Shown here in pieces: positions 50,126-61,880 of a stretch of DNA of 64,000 bases. Position numbers and translations under genes: made by a program. Source of the stretch: Leucoraja ocellata (Eukaryota); NCBI GenBank assembly GCA_036785375.1, contig JAWMAR010000151.1, positions 1,426,001 through 1,490,000 of the forward strand, read 5' to 3'. Each line of letters starts with the position of its first letter. Position 1 is the stretch's first letter. The notes under the pieces are model-generated. The model searched no databases and was not told where the DNA came from. It worked only from the letters and a program-made list of their open reading frames with translations.

Positions 50126-50609
50126 GTATGTTGTGAATGGGAGACAAATAAATGCTGATAACATGAAAAACTGAGCAAATGCTGATCAAGGTCTGGAAAT
50201 CATTCACTGCTTTTGAATGATTTAACATGATTGTGATGTTGATATTGAGTGTTCAAATCCTTTTATAGTTGAAGTCCAGACCAATGAGGATTGAATTTAA
50301 AATGTTGCATAAAATTATTTACATCAAACTTGTAAAAGATTACCAAGGACAAAGATAGCAGTAGGCACTAAATGTTTACCATGAGGAATGTAGACCAGGA
50401 CAGCAAGTGATTACCAAAAGAATATGGCACTGAGTGCTGAGCAGTTGCTGGAGGAAAGAGCACAGCAATATACAGCAAGCAGTTACTTTGAAAGATGGGA
50501 CTGGGCTGTGATAACTTATGAAGCAGAACAAAGTACTTGTCTTCAAGTGGTTTCCAGTGGGAAATCATGCCTCCAAAAAAGAATAATGTGTTGGACTGCT
50601 GCAGAACTT

Positions 50610-50906
50610 GGGCGGCACAGTGGCCCAGTGGTAGAGTTGCTGCCTTACAGCACCAGGGACATGGGTTTGATCCTGACTACGGGTGCTGTCTGTACAGAGT
50701 TTTACGTTCTCCCTGTGATCGCATTAATTTTCTCGGGGAGCTCCAGTTTCCTCCCTTGCTCCAAGCTTGTAGATTAATAAGCTTTGGTAAAAATTGTAAA
50801 TTATCTCTAGTGTGTAGGATAGTGCTAATGTACAGGGTGAATGCAGGTTGGCACGGACTAGGTGGGCCAAAGGACCAGTTTACACGCTATACCTCTAAAG
50901 TCTAAA
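50610..50906 (+). mobile_element. tRNA-derived SINE (HE1/V-SINE-like)
   Basis: gggcggcacagtggcccagtggtagag box A, gggtttgatcc box B, core and tail. Confidence 0.85.
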
Positions 50907-51084
50907 AGCTTAAAAATTGAACTCTCTTTGAAAATCCCAATAGCTGAGTTTTGAATATTGGAGCTCCACCCAATGGTAGAGCTTGGTGAAGACAAACATT
51001 TTTTCTAGTTTAGTAAGATGTTTATGACAGAAGAAAAAAATGAACTATCCTCTCACAACCTCAGAATATTTAAAAGCCCTTGAA

Positions 51085-51350
51085 GATCAAGTAAATACTT
51101 TAGTAGGAGAGTCATTGTTGTAACATAAGCAATGATGTAAATGGCCCAATTGTTCATAGCAAAGTGGCTTGAGGGACAAATATTTTCCGGAACATCAGGA
51201 GAATTCCCAAATAATTCTTCAAGTTGTGCTTTTGGGTTTTTTTAACATCAAACCGAATAAGCAGCTTTTGTGTTAAATATTATCTAAATCATAACACCTC
51301 ACTATGCAGCACTCCATCACTATAGCACTGATATGTCAGCCGAGATTATA
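51085..51350 (-). mobile_element. DeuSINE (SacSINE1/AmnSINE1-like) remnant
   Basis: agtcattgttgtaa...ttgagggacaaatatt...gcagcactccatcactatagcactga resembles the reverse complement of the Deu domain as I recall it. Confidence 0.55.
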
Positions 51351-51879
51351 TCCTCCAGTGTTCTCAATAGCATTTGTACTGACAGGATCTCACCAGATGC
51401 TTCAATTGAACTAAGGAGGATATTAATTTACATTGATGCTTTTACAAGCATTGAATTATTTCCCTGTTCCGTTCATTCAGTTTTTTTGACAGTGCCAGAG
51501 GAAGTCTTTGCCAATGTTGCAATTATGAGATGGCGATATGTTTCATCCTTTGCTTCCATTAAAGTTTACTTGCTCACCTACGTACGTTGAACTTTGCAAT
51601 TTTTTACACTTTCTTTTTTTTTCATTGCTGCAGCTGAGTGAATAGTTGAGGCAGTGAAGCCATTTCTGGCTGTATGCCAGTCATCTATGCTGGGGTCTGT
51701 TCTGCTTACTTGCTCACCACTGTACAAATCACCACGTAAACCTTTTAACAATATCCATTGATTTTATTTGCTGCATAGACCTGATGCCTTTTTGTTGAGA
51801 GCTGCACTGGTTCATATTACTTCAGTGTTTGTAGACTTAATTGCATCATTTAATTGAGATCTCTACAAATCTTTTAGCT

Positions 51880-52540
51880 GGGATCTGTGCTTAACTCTTG
51901 CACGACAAATCAAAAGTCATTTATGCAGAGATTGGTACAGGTCCTAAGATGCTGGGATTTCTGCTGGCCCTTTTGTGTCAACAATTCTGCAGCATTTAAT
52001 TGAGTTCATAGTTGGGATCGTATCCGGTCCCTTATGCAGGAATCTATGCATCTTTTAGTTCATCTGAATTAGTTCTATGAAGCTGGCAGCTTCTTCCTGC
52101 ATTGCTGCTGTGTACTTTAACTAGGATAAATGCTGAAAATCAATTGGTGTCTTTGCTGGTTCATTGGCTCAGTCTGTGCCGGTTCTTTGGCTGGTAACTG
52201 TGCTGGTCCTTTTAATCTGGGTCCATTGTAGTTCTCCTCACCGGTTTTGTGATATTTTTAAGCCTGGGTCCGTGGTAGTCCTTTTAGCTTGTGTCTGCAG
52301 TAATTTCTTTTTAAACCTTGGTCTGCAATGATTTATTTATTTTTGCCTTTGTGCTGGTCCTTTTAGACTGAATATGTGCTGGTCCTTTTAGCCTGGGTCT
52401 GTGCTGGTCCTTTTGAGTCATGGTGTATGCTAGTCATTTAGTGGGTGACTGTGCTAGTCCATTAACTGGGATATATGCTAGTCATTTAGTCCAGTTGGGT
52501 GCTAGTTATTGATTTCTTTCACTCAGATCTGTGCCAGTTT
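51880..52540. repeat. Degenerate minisatellite, unit about 24 bp (tgtgctggtccttttagcctgggtc-like)
   Basis: Recurring tgtgct[g/a]gtc[c/a]ttt motif, clearest at 52340-52510. Confidence 0.7.
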
Positions 52541-52772
52541 CTTGACAGTTACAATTGTAGGAAAATAGGAAGTTCTCTAGTATACTTTATAAAGTATACT
52601 AGTGATTCTATCAATGAGAAGAAGCAAATGGTAGGTTGAATAATTGTTATTTGTTATTGTTAAGAAAGCTCAATATACCATCCAGGATATCCTGGAAAAA
52701 AGAAACACGACCAAAGACTCATCAAGATTACTGTAACTAATAGAAGCACGAAACAGAATCTTATAATGCTAT

Positions 52773-53369
52773 TGGCCCTGTCACACGGTACAAGTTCATT
52801 CCAAGAGCTCTTCCGAGTTAAAAAAAAAAATCCAACTCGTGGTAAGCACAGAGAATGAACGTAGCGGGTACGTCGGAGCTTGGGGACATCTCTTAGCAGC
52901 TCGTAACGCTAACGGCAGGTACTTGGGGAGACTCGCTAATAGCAGGTAAGTTCGGGAAGACTCGTGAAGATTTTTCAACATGTTGAAAAATGTCCACGAT
53001 TCAAGATTCAAGACAGTTTGTCATGTGTCCCTGATAGGACAATGAAATTCTTGCTTTGCTTCAGCACAACAGAACATAGTAGGCATTGACTACAAAACAG
53101 ATCAGTGTGTCCATATGCCATTATATAAATATATACACACATGAATAAATAAACTGATGAAGTGCAATAACAGATAATGGGCTATTAATGTTCAGAGTTT
53201 TGACCAAGCCAAGTTTAATAGCCTGATGGCTGTGGGGAAGTAGCTTTTCTTGAACCTGGTTCGAGAGCCCCGAGTACCGACGAGCGGCCATTACTGTAAA
53301 TCTCTGAGTTTGAATCGGGGCAAACTCGGGAGAGCTCTTGGAATGAACTCGTACCATAGGATAGGGCCA
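52773..53369. mobile_element. MITE (Harbinger/PIF-like) with a nested LINE tail
   Basis: Terminal inverted repeats ggccctgtcacacggtacaagttcattccaagagctc / gagctcttggaatgaactcgtaccataggatagggcc; internal sequence is inversely related to 55999-56325. Confidence 0.75.
52999..53261 (-). mobile_element. Rex1/Babar-like LINE 3' end nested in the MITE
   Basis: (attcaag)2 tail at the left end; ORF 53121..53393 includes NQVQEKLLPHSHQAIKL; short cga duplication at the junctions. Confidence 0.65.
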
Positions 53370-53399
53370 TAAACGTTTCAAATCCCATTCCAAGATTTT

Positions 53400-54560
53400 A
53401 AGTGTAGTTGAGAATGTTGCAGGTGCTCTGCCTATAATTCAGGAACTGTTAATTTACATTGGAAAAATTGGTATGTCATCTAGTTATTTAAAAGAGGTAA
53501 AATAAGTAAATCAGGGAATTACAGACTAGTTATCAGTACTTTTGTAGGTTGGAAATGTCGTGGGACTATTATAGTCCCCAGAAATAATGTAATGGGCCTG
53601 TCCCACTTTCACGACCTAATTCACAACCTTTTTTACTCGTGGACATTTTTCATCATGCTAGAAAAAACACCCTGGCCTACTTGATGCCACGAGTACCTAC
53701 AACTAGCATCACGGCCGGCTATGACCTACCTACGACCTCCTACAACCTCGTGATGACCATGCTGCGAGTATGAGTCAAGGGCAAACTCGGCAGAGGTCGT
53801 GAATTAGGTTGTGAAAGTGGGACAGGCCCTTTAGTTCGACACATTGAAAAATGTAAGTTTGTCATAGAAAGCCAGGGCAATTTTACAAAGAATAGGACAT
53901 GGCTGTTGAAACTGATTGAATTTTTCAAGAAGTGATAAAGGGAGTGGGCAGGGATTTGCTGTGGATGTTACTTATCTGAACATGAGAAACTTCATCAAAT
54001 GCCTTCTATAGAGACTGTTAACTTTAGTTAATGCTCACAGAAATTAAAGGAAATTATTAACCTGTACAGAAAATGACTGTATCTAAATAGATAAAAGTAG
54101 AGATAATTGGCAGGCCACATAGATTAGCAAACACATAGATTGATAGGATATGACAAGTGATACACTGCAAAGATTTTGGTTGAACTTTCATTAATTCACC
54201 ATATTTATAAACATCTTAGATGATAAAATAGAATATGTGTGTAAATTACCAAAGCAGTGTGGATACAAGCATTAAATTATAAAAGTTCAGTGAGTTTTAA
54301 TGCATTAACAGGTAAAGCAGTGGGAAATGAATTTTAAGATAAAAATGTGAGGTCATCCACTTTGAATCTAAAATCAGAGTGCTTTCTATCTTGTGATAAA
54401 CCAAAAGTAGTGGAAATTTAGAGCGAAGTTGATATCCATTGATCATTAAAATTCAATGAGGAGATAAGAAATTAAAAGCTATTGTGTGCTCTCCTTTAAA
54501 TCTACAAGACTGGATTACAAGGGCATAGAAGTACAGGTACTGCTACAGCTACAAAAATCT
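53400..54560 (+). mobile_element. Old CR1 LINE RT remnant (interrupted by the MITE at 53593-53830)
   Basis: gggaattacagactagt (GNYRPV), ctgattgaatttttcaagaagtg (LIEFFEEV), aaaatgtgaggtcatccacttt (KCEVIHF). Confidence 0.65.
53593..53830. mobile_element. MITE (Harbinger/PIF-like)
   Basis: TIR gggcctgtcccactttcacgacctaattcac / gtgaattaggttgtgaaagtgggacaggccc; flanked by taa / tta. Confidence 0.85.
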
Positions 54561-54569
54561 GGTTAATTT

Positions 54570-54835
54570 TGTTTAGAGATACAGCATAAAAATAGGTCCT
54601 TCGGCCCACTGAGTCCACATCAACCATCGATAACTGTTTACACTACTTCTAGTTATCCCAATTTCTCATTCATGCCTAACACACTCGGGACAATTTACAG
54701 AGGCCAATTAACCTACAAATCTGCACATCTTTAGGAACCCACGCAGACACACAGAGTATGAACACACAGATGGTACCGAGGTCAGGATCGAACCCAGGTC
54801 TCTAGCGCTGTGAGGCAGTAGCTGTGCCATTGTGC
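54570..54835 (-). mobile_element. tRNA-derived SINE (HE1/V-SINE-like)
   Basis: gtttagagatacagc tail, core, and ggatcgaacc (box B reverse complement). Confidence 0.85.
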
Positions 54836-55463
54836 TGATCCTAGTTAATCCATAGGCAGAGTCTGTAAGCAGATCTACTAACCCACATATCTTGGGGAAA
54901 AATATGTATTCATTTTGGGGAGAATGCAGCATTGGTTTATTAGAATTATACCTTATACTATTTGCAGTTTACAACTTTAAATGTTAATTTGAGTACAGTC
55001 TCCAGGTATTAAGGTACTGAGCCGAACAGAAAGGAAAATGGAAATTATTTTAGTTAGCTGGGATGTCAAGAATGATATGACAAAATTAGAATTGAAAATT
55101 TGATTTCTTCTACACACGACATTAAGGCCTAGTTAATTGTTAATTTAAAATCTGGATTTTGATTATTATAAGGATACTCTATTACTTCACATATCCCCAA
55201 AGATCTGATGGAATTACACCACTGACGAGAAATTAAATAATAATTTAACAGGTCTGGGCTGGTTTCCGCTCTGTTTTTAAATACTCTTGATATGAGCTGA
55301 ACCCTTTAGTTAAGATTTCTATGATTCATTTTTGATGGGATCTGTTCCAGATGTTTTTCAATCGGGTTATGTCTGTGCTACTGTGGTAGTTTGATTTGTG
55401 TTCTATTTTTGCTACATAGCTGTCATTGGCGGTTATTTTGTATCGTGATTCTGTTTTATTTAG

Positions 55464-55589
55464 GTCTCAATGCCACACCAGTGGTTAGAAGGTAACTTGC
55501 CTGTCAGTGCAAAATGTACTGTCTGTGACAAGACGTGTGGAAGTGTGTTGCGCCTGCAGGATTGGCGATGCCTGTGGTGTAAGGCGATG
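55464..55589 (+). CDS. DGKD: DGKD coding exon (exon 7 equivalent), C1B: [42 protein letters not shown]
   Basis: Acceptor ttttatttag|GTC, donor ATG|gtgagt; 126 nt, phase 0-0. Confidence 0.96.
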
Positions 55590-55998
55590 GTGAGTATGTC
55601 ATTTTACTATGTTGTAAATCAGAGCAAGATCCTAATACCTTTGCAATTAATTACATTTCCTGTTGATTTCTTACATTTGGAGTTAAGTGAGCCCAGTAGA
55701 GGCTTTACATTTTAAAGCCTAACAAATTGAAAAGATAAAAATAGGATTTTTACTTTTAATCTGTGAACATTTCATATTTGTCTGATAGAAATTAGTTCCC
55801 CTCTCTTACCTCTGCTCCCTATCTACACAAATTTATCTTAATCCAACCAGTTGTCTTCATAAACTTAGCTTCCATTTGCGTTGAATTCTCATTGCCCTTC
55901 CTTATGCCAGCTCACCAATTCTTTGCTCTACTGACCCTCCCTGCTCCTCGTCTCCCCACCCCAAATGTGTCTTACTATAGTCCCAACTATTAGTCTTA

Positions 55999-56325
55999 AG
56001 GACCTGTCCCACTGTACGAGGTAATTCAAGAGTTCTCCCGAGCTTCCCCTGATTCGAACTCGGAGAATTACGGTAATAGCCGTTCGTAGATACTCAGGGC
56101 TCTCTGGGTACCTACGAACCATTTTCGTAGGAACCCATGGACATTTATCACAGCTTCACGAGTTTCCGCGTTTCCTGAGTACCTGCCGTTAGCATTACGA
56201 GCCGCTACGAGACATCCACGAGCTCCGACGTAGCCGCTACGTACATTCTACGTACTTACCACGAGTTTGATTTTTTTTTAACTTGGGAGGGCTCTTGAAT
56301 TACCTTGTACAGTGGGACAGGCCCT
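55999..56325. mobile_element. MITE (Harbinger/PIF-like)
   Basis: TIR aggacctgtcccactgtacgaggtaattcaagag / ctcttgaattaccttgtacagtgggacaggccct; flanked by tta / taa. Confidence 0.85.
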
Positions 56326-56774
56326 TAAGTTAGTAATTTAGCCTTGATGAACTACATAATCAATATCAATCAATCTAGTTGCAGATTTTACCTGCCTCAG
56401 ACCCAGTGTCCTACATACAGTAATGAAACAGTGCCTTGTTTAGTAGGAAATAGGCTTGTAGTTGGGATAGACTGAAATGTTTGTACTGTACACTTGAAAA
56501 ATGTACTTTTAATATTCAGTGAATTTTATACATAACAATATGTACATGTTGACATCTTGTAGTTGATTTCAAATTGACCAGGTGTATTTGAAATTTTCGA
56601 AGTATTTAGGTTGTTGAATTAACTTGTGTCTTGGTTGCCTCAGTATACAGGGAAAGTGAATTAAGAAATCATCCTTGTTAAATTGGAATTTTGCAGGTGG
56701 CAATTGCGTGCACGCATTATGAATGTCCTCCATTACGTTTGCAGAGTAAAGAATGCTTTATGAGAAAGCTTTCA

Positions 56775-57060
56775 GGTGGCACAGTGGCGCAGCTGGTAGA
56801 GCACCAGAAACTCGAGTTCGGTTGTGACCTCGGGTGCTGTCAGTCCGGAGTTTGCATGTTCTTCCTGTGATCCTCTGGATCCGCAGGTTTCTTACCACAT
56901 CCGAAAGATGTGCGGGTTTGTAGGTCAATTGGCCTAGACAAATTGTCCCTGGTATGTAGGGAGTGAGAAAGTGGGATAACATGGAACCAGTCAACAGGTG
57001 ATAGATGGTCGCCGTGGACTCGGTGACCTGAAGGTCCTGTTTCAATGCTGTATCTCTAAA
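56775..57060 (+). mobile_element. tRNA-derived SINE (HE1/V-SINE-like), ending about 90 nt upstream of exon 8
   Basis: ggtggcacagtggcgcagctggtagag box A, gagttcggtt box B, core, and cctgtttcaatgctgtatctctaaa tail. Confidence 0.85.
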
Positions 57061-57152
57061 TCAGTGTTCTATTTACTTCTCGTGTGTTCATATACACTCC
57101 ACCTGTGTGGAGCATTGATTGCTAATTTCTATGTAATATTCATTATCTACAG

Positions 57153-57255
57153 GTGCACACAGCTTGTAAAGACATGCTTTCCATCAAATGTCCTTTGGGG
57201 CAGTGTAAAGTTTCTGTTATTCCTCCAACTGCACTCAACAGTATAGACTCTGATG
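57153..57255 (+). CDS. DGKD: DGKD coding exon (exon 8 equivalent), C1B end: [34 protein letters not shown]
   Basis: Acceptor tatctacag|GTG, donor GATG|gtgagt; 103 nt, phase 0-1. Confidence 0.95.
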
Positions 57256-57898
57256 GTGAGTTGTAGTCCTTATCTCTAGTTGCTGTTCAAAGAGCTGATT
57301 GTCTATATGCATAGTGCTAACTAAAGCTAATAAGTAGCATAAAATCAATATAAGACTTATAATAATAAATATTTGATCATAAGGTTTCCTGGAACTGTAC
57401 ATGGTTGAGAAATTATTTGTGATTATAGCAATGGATGACATATTTGAGTGCAAGTCAGAAAGACCTTGTGAAGCTATGCAAAACTGTTTTTGGACTGCAT
57501 GAAAGAGAGTTTATAGCTGACTGTTGTCTTGTGGGAGTAAATAAGAGAGAGTTTAGGATAGTTTGTGATTAGGTTTGAGCAGTTGAGGGTGTGACTGTAA
57601 GTGAGTCTGGAAAAAGATCAATCTTGGTTGTGAGAAATTATTTGGAGACAGTTTGTGAGTGACTGTGTGAGAGTGTGAATGGCTCTTGAGTCTGCAGACA
57701 TTTGCAGATACTCGAAAAAAAAGTATGAGTATCTGTTAGAAGATCTGGGAGAGTATCTGAATAGCTTTGTATGGGCGAGAGGGGATGGCTTGTAAAATAT
57801 GATGCTATAACTATGGTTAAGGATGCTGTGGCAATCCATAACTCTTCCACTCTTGTAATGTCCATCTTATTGCTGTCAACTGAGTGGAGCAACAGGTA

Positions 57899-58615
57899 CA
57901 GTGCATTCAGAGAGTATTCAGACCCCTGCACTTTTTCCACATTTTGTTAAGCTACAGCCTTATTCTAAAATGGATTAAATTCTTTTTTTTTAAATCATCA
58001 ATCTACACACAGTACCCCATCGAAATAAATTGAAAACAGGTGTTTAGAAATGTTTGCAAAGTAATTAAAAAGAAATAACTGGAATATCACATGTACATAA
58101 GTATTCAGACCCTTTACTCAATACTTTGTTGAAGGACCTTTGGCAGCAATTACAACCCCAAGTCTTCTTGTGTAACAAGCTTGGCACATCTGTATTTGGG
58201 TCATTTCGGCCATTCTTCTCTGCAGATCCTCTCAATCTCAGTCAGGTTTGATGGGGAGCGTCACTGCCCAGTTATTTTCATGTCCCTCCAGAGATGTTCG
58301 ATCGGTTTCAAGTCCAGGCTCTGAATGGGCGACTCAAGGACATTAACAAACTTGTCACGAAGCCACTCCTGCGTTGTCTTGGCTGTGTGCTTAATAGCAA
58401 AGGGTCTGAATACTGATGTAAATGTGATATTTCAGTTATTTCTTTTGAATTACTTTGCAAAAATTTATAAACACCTGTTTTCGCTTCTTCATTCTCAGGT
58501 ATTGTGTGTAGATTGATGTTTAAAAAAAAAAGAATTTAATCCATTTCAAAATAAGGCTTTAACGTAACAAAATGTGAAAAAAGTGAAGGGGTCTGAATAC
58601 TTTCTGAATGCACTG
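57899..58615. mobile_element. Tc1-like transposon, internally deleted (IR/DR-type long inverted repeats)
   Basis: TA|CAGTGCATTCAGAGAGTATTCAGACCCC ... GGGGTCTGAATACTTTCTGAATGCACTG|TA; inverted repeats of about 215 bp with inner direct repeats near 58101 and 58400. Confidence 0.92.
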
Positions 58616-58871
58616 TATCTGCTCGGATGACAAATACATACATGCCCTTCATGCTACATTTATTAACAATAACATCTAACTTAACAAGGTGGAAAAAGTA
58701 ACAGTAATCCAGAGTTACAAGTTAAACAGTGTTAGAGATATTAGGAACCAGAGCGGCAGGGATGGAAGGTTGAAGGGTTATGGTCATGAAAATGCTATAA
58801 GCGCCTCTTTGAGTGAGTAACCTGGAGCACAACTAATTCAGTAACATTCTGTTCACAATACTGTTCTCTAG

Positions 58872-59034
58872 GATTTTGGAAAGCAACATGCCCACCATCC
58901 TGTACGAGTCCCCTTCTGGTCTTTGTGAATTCGAAGAGTGGAGATAATCAAGGGGTGAAGTTCTTGAGGAGATTCAAGCAGTTACTGAACCCGGCTCAGG
59001 TGTTTGACTTGATGAATGGAGGCCCACATCTTGG
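58872..59034 (+). CDS. DGKD: DGKD coding exon (exon 9 equivalent), catalytic domain start: (G)[53 protein letters not shown](G)
   Basis: Acceptor ttctctag|GA, donor TGG|gtagga; 163 nt, phase 1-2; PLLVFVNxKSG DAGK motif. Confidence 0.96.
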
Positions 59035-59114
59035 GTAGGAGGTGCTTCAAGTTTCCTCAGTGCGCATATCTTTGCAGTTCATATTTAATAAGTATCGGCT
59101 CATTTTCGAGCAAA

Positions 59115-59860
59115 AAAATGCAGATGCCAGGAATCTGAAACAAAAGCGAAATGCTGACAAAGAACATCAGTGGGGAGAGAAAGAAAGTTAATGTTTTGAG
59201 TCAAGGATCATTTGTCAGAGCTAGAAAAGTGAGAGGACAAGCATGTTTCGAGGTGTGGAAAGGGAAGGTAGAGAGAACTGAGGGAATGTATGTGATACAT
59301 TACAGGTAATAGTATTTTTAACTAGCTGATGGAACAAAATAATAGATACATTGAAAGACAACAAATTGGCACAGAAGAATATTTGCTAGTAAAAGGGATT
59401 TATCTGTAATTGTTAAACTCAATATAAAACTGGGGATTATAAGAATTTGTGGAAAGCTGGAGCAACAATCCCCACTGAAACAGCACCTCATCTTCCAACT
59501 TCAACCCTCAGAACTTAATATTACACTTAACAATGTAAGATCAACCTTTTTTTTTTAACCCCACAGATGTGGCGGCCCTTCTTGTGTCCATTTACCATTT
59601 TGGTTTGGCTCTGTGTCATTTTGTTCCAACTGCCAATAGTTAAAGTGATTATTTATTTGATAACTCTTTCCTGCACCCAATTAAATACGTTATTTTACTT
59701 CTCTCAACCTTACCCTCTCTACAACTTAGAAAAAACATGCATGTTTCCACACTTTCCCTGTTCTGTTGAAAAATCCTTGTCCCAAAATGTCAAATCTTTT
59801 CCCCGCCCCACCTATAAATGCCTAGCTTACTGAATATTTCCAGCTTTGTCTCTTTTTATT
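59115..59860. mobile_element. Highly degraded PLE remnant with inverted ends
   Basis: gcagatgccaggaatctgaaacaaaag at the left, aaacagcacctcatcttcc (EQHLIF-like) in the middle, ctgaatatttccagc at the right. Confidence 0.45.
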
Positions 59861-60268
59861 TGGTTGAATTGAAAGGTGCATTTTATTAGAACAATAGCAG
59901 AATTGCTGTCAAATGGATTGGAATGGTGGAGGATGGGGTAAGGTGATAGGTGAAGATGGGTGGTGCAATGATGCATGTTGGTTTTTGATTAAGGAAGGGA
60001 AAGATTGTTTAAACTTCCCATTTCTCTTTACCATCCAGTGAATTTTGCACTAAAGTCTTCATAAATCATGACTGAATGGATCCTTACTGTGTGACACTCC
60101 CTTTGCCTTGGTGTTCTCACTGCCTTATTTAAATCAAGGCCATGGTGACAAACTGATGTGTTTTTGCTGAATCTATATCCAACAAGACCTTAAATCATCA
60201 GAGCCATGGTGTTAATTGTTCATAACAGGTGTTTACAACATGCTTGCAGGAGCCACAACATAGCTGTA

Positions 60269-60564
60269 CAGGCTATCCCTGGGTAACAAAAGGGTTCCAT
60301 TTTTACAGGTATCCATAAATTAATTTTGTCCATAAGCTCGAAAATACCTAAAAATTACTTAATATAGTTACCAAACCTTCACAGTTTTGTAATGAATGGC
60401 GTCAAAAGCACATTAAACTGATATAGACGACAGATTACTAAAAATGGAAAGAGAGATCAAGCGTGTGTACCTACGTCAGACTTCTGAATTTAATAATGTT
60501 ATGGGAGTTCATTCATATGTACGGATGTATATAAGTGGGGCGTTTGTAATCCAGGGATGGCCTG
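60269..60564. mobile_element. Tigger/pogo-like MITE
   Basis: TA|CAGGCTATCCCTGGGTAACAAA ... TTTGTAATCCAGGGATGGCCTG|TA; TA duplication. Confidence 0.8.
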
Positions 60565-61109
60565 TAGATGTATGATTTATTATTGAGATGCAGGAATTCC
60601 AATATTAAAATTGTAGTTATTGTATGTGTAGGCATTATAGTAGTTTGAATTATGGGTGTATAAAATGTTTTGATTGGAGATGAGTTCAAATATTTAGAAA
60701 TTTTGGATACGTGAAAACTTTCTGTTGTAGCACATTGATTTCTTGTTATCCATTTGTGGCTGATTTATTTCTTAGTAAATAAATTGCTACTCCATTGAGG
60801 ACAGGGACAATATGTACAATGTTTCTTCATAATGATTCAAAGCAGGAGATGATCTAAATGGAGAGAAATTCTTGAATGCAATAACTACACTATGATTTGA
60901 TTCAAGTTGACGACAACAAATTAAATAACAGTGACATAAATTATTTATTAAATTAAAAATTGAGAAATTGAGTCACAAGTTAGCTGGAAGTATTCAAACA
61001 GAATATTGACAAGGCAAATAAGCAAAATACTAAGCAGGAAATTGGGATGATATTGTGTTTCTTGTGAAGGACTTGGGACACTTTCAATGTTATGCCATTC
61101 TTATAAAGC

Positions 61110-61880
61110 CATACAACGAAGAAATAGGTGCCAATAGGTGCTCATTCTGCCATACCAACCATCAATTATTGATTTTGTAATTACATTTTTGAGCACTTCT
61201 GCGTCTATGTGATTAAGTGGTCATTCAGGTAGTTAAATATTGTGAAAGTACCTGCTTCAGTGTGAAAAAAAGTTATTCCTCAAATCCTCGCTGAACCTCT
61301 GACCTCTTATCCTAAAAATATGCTTTCTAATTTTCAATACATCTGTCGTGAGGAAATGTTTCCTGTTATGTACCCTGCTTACGCCTTTCATAATTGAACA
61401 TATCTCTAATGTTTCCCTCCTCAGCTTCCTCTACTCTAGGGAGAACAAACCCAACCTCTGCAGCCTTTCATAAGTAAAATGTCATGGTGAATGCCCACTG
61501 CACCCTCTCCAATGCAATCATATTATTCATAGAGTATGATGACCAAAAGTCTATACAGTACTCCAGTTGTGGCCTAACCAATGTTTTATAAAGTTTCCCC
61601 AGAATCACCATGCTATAACATTCTATGCCTTTAGCCAACAAAATGCCCCAAATGCCTGCTTCGCCACCATATTTACTTGTACGTCCACTTTAAGGGTTCT
61701 TTGGTCTTGTACACCCAAGCTCCCTCTGTTCCTCAGTACACCGTAGGGCATATCATTCATTGTGTAAGTCCTAGCTTTATTAGTCTTCCCAAAACCCATC
61801 ATCTTAGGTATGTCAGAATTAAATTCCATCTTCCATTCCTTTGTCCATCTTATCAATTGATCAATATCATCCTGTAGTTG
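61110..61880 (-). mobile_element. Degraded CR1 LINE 3' fragment
   Basis: ORF 61623..61856 reads WTKEWKMEFNSD...MGFGKTN...LGVQ...LKVDVQV (CR1 RT thumb region). Confidence 0.75.

Noticed and set aside
56775-56850. tRNA gene candidates (also at about 2913, 41130 and 50610)
   Set aside because: Box A/B are present but there is no full cloverleaf, and each continues into the SINE core and LINE-like tail.
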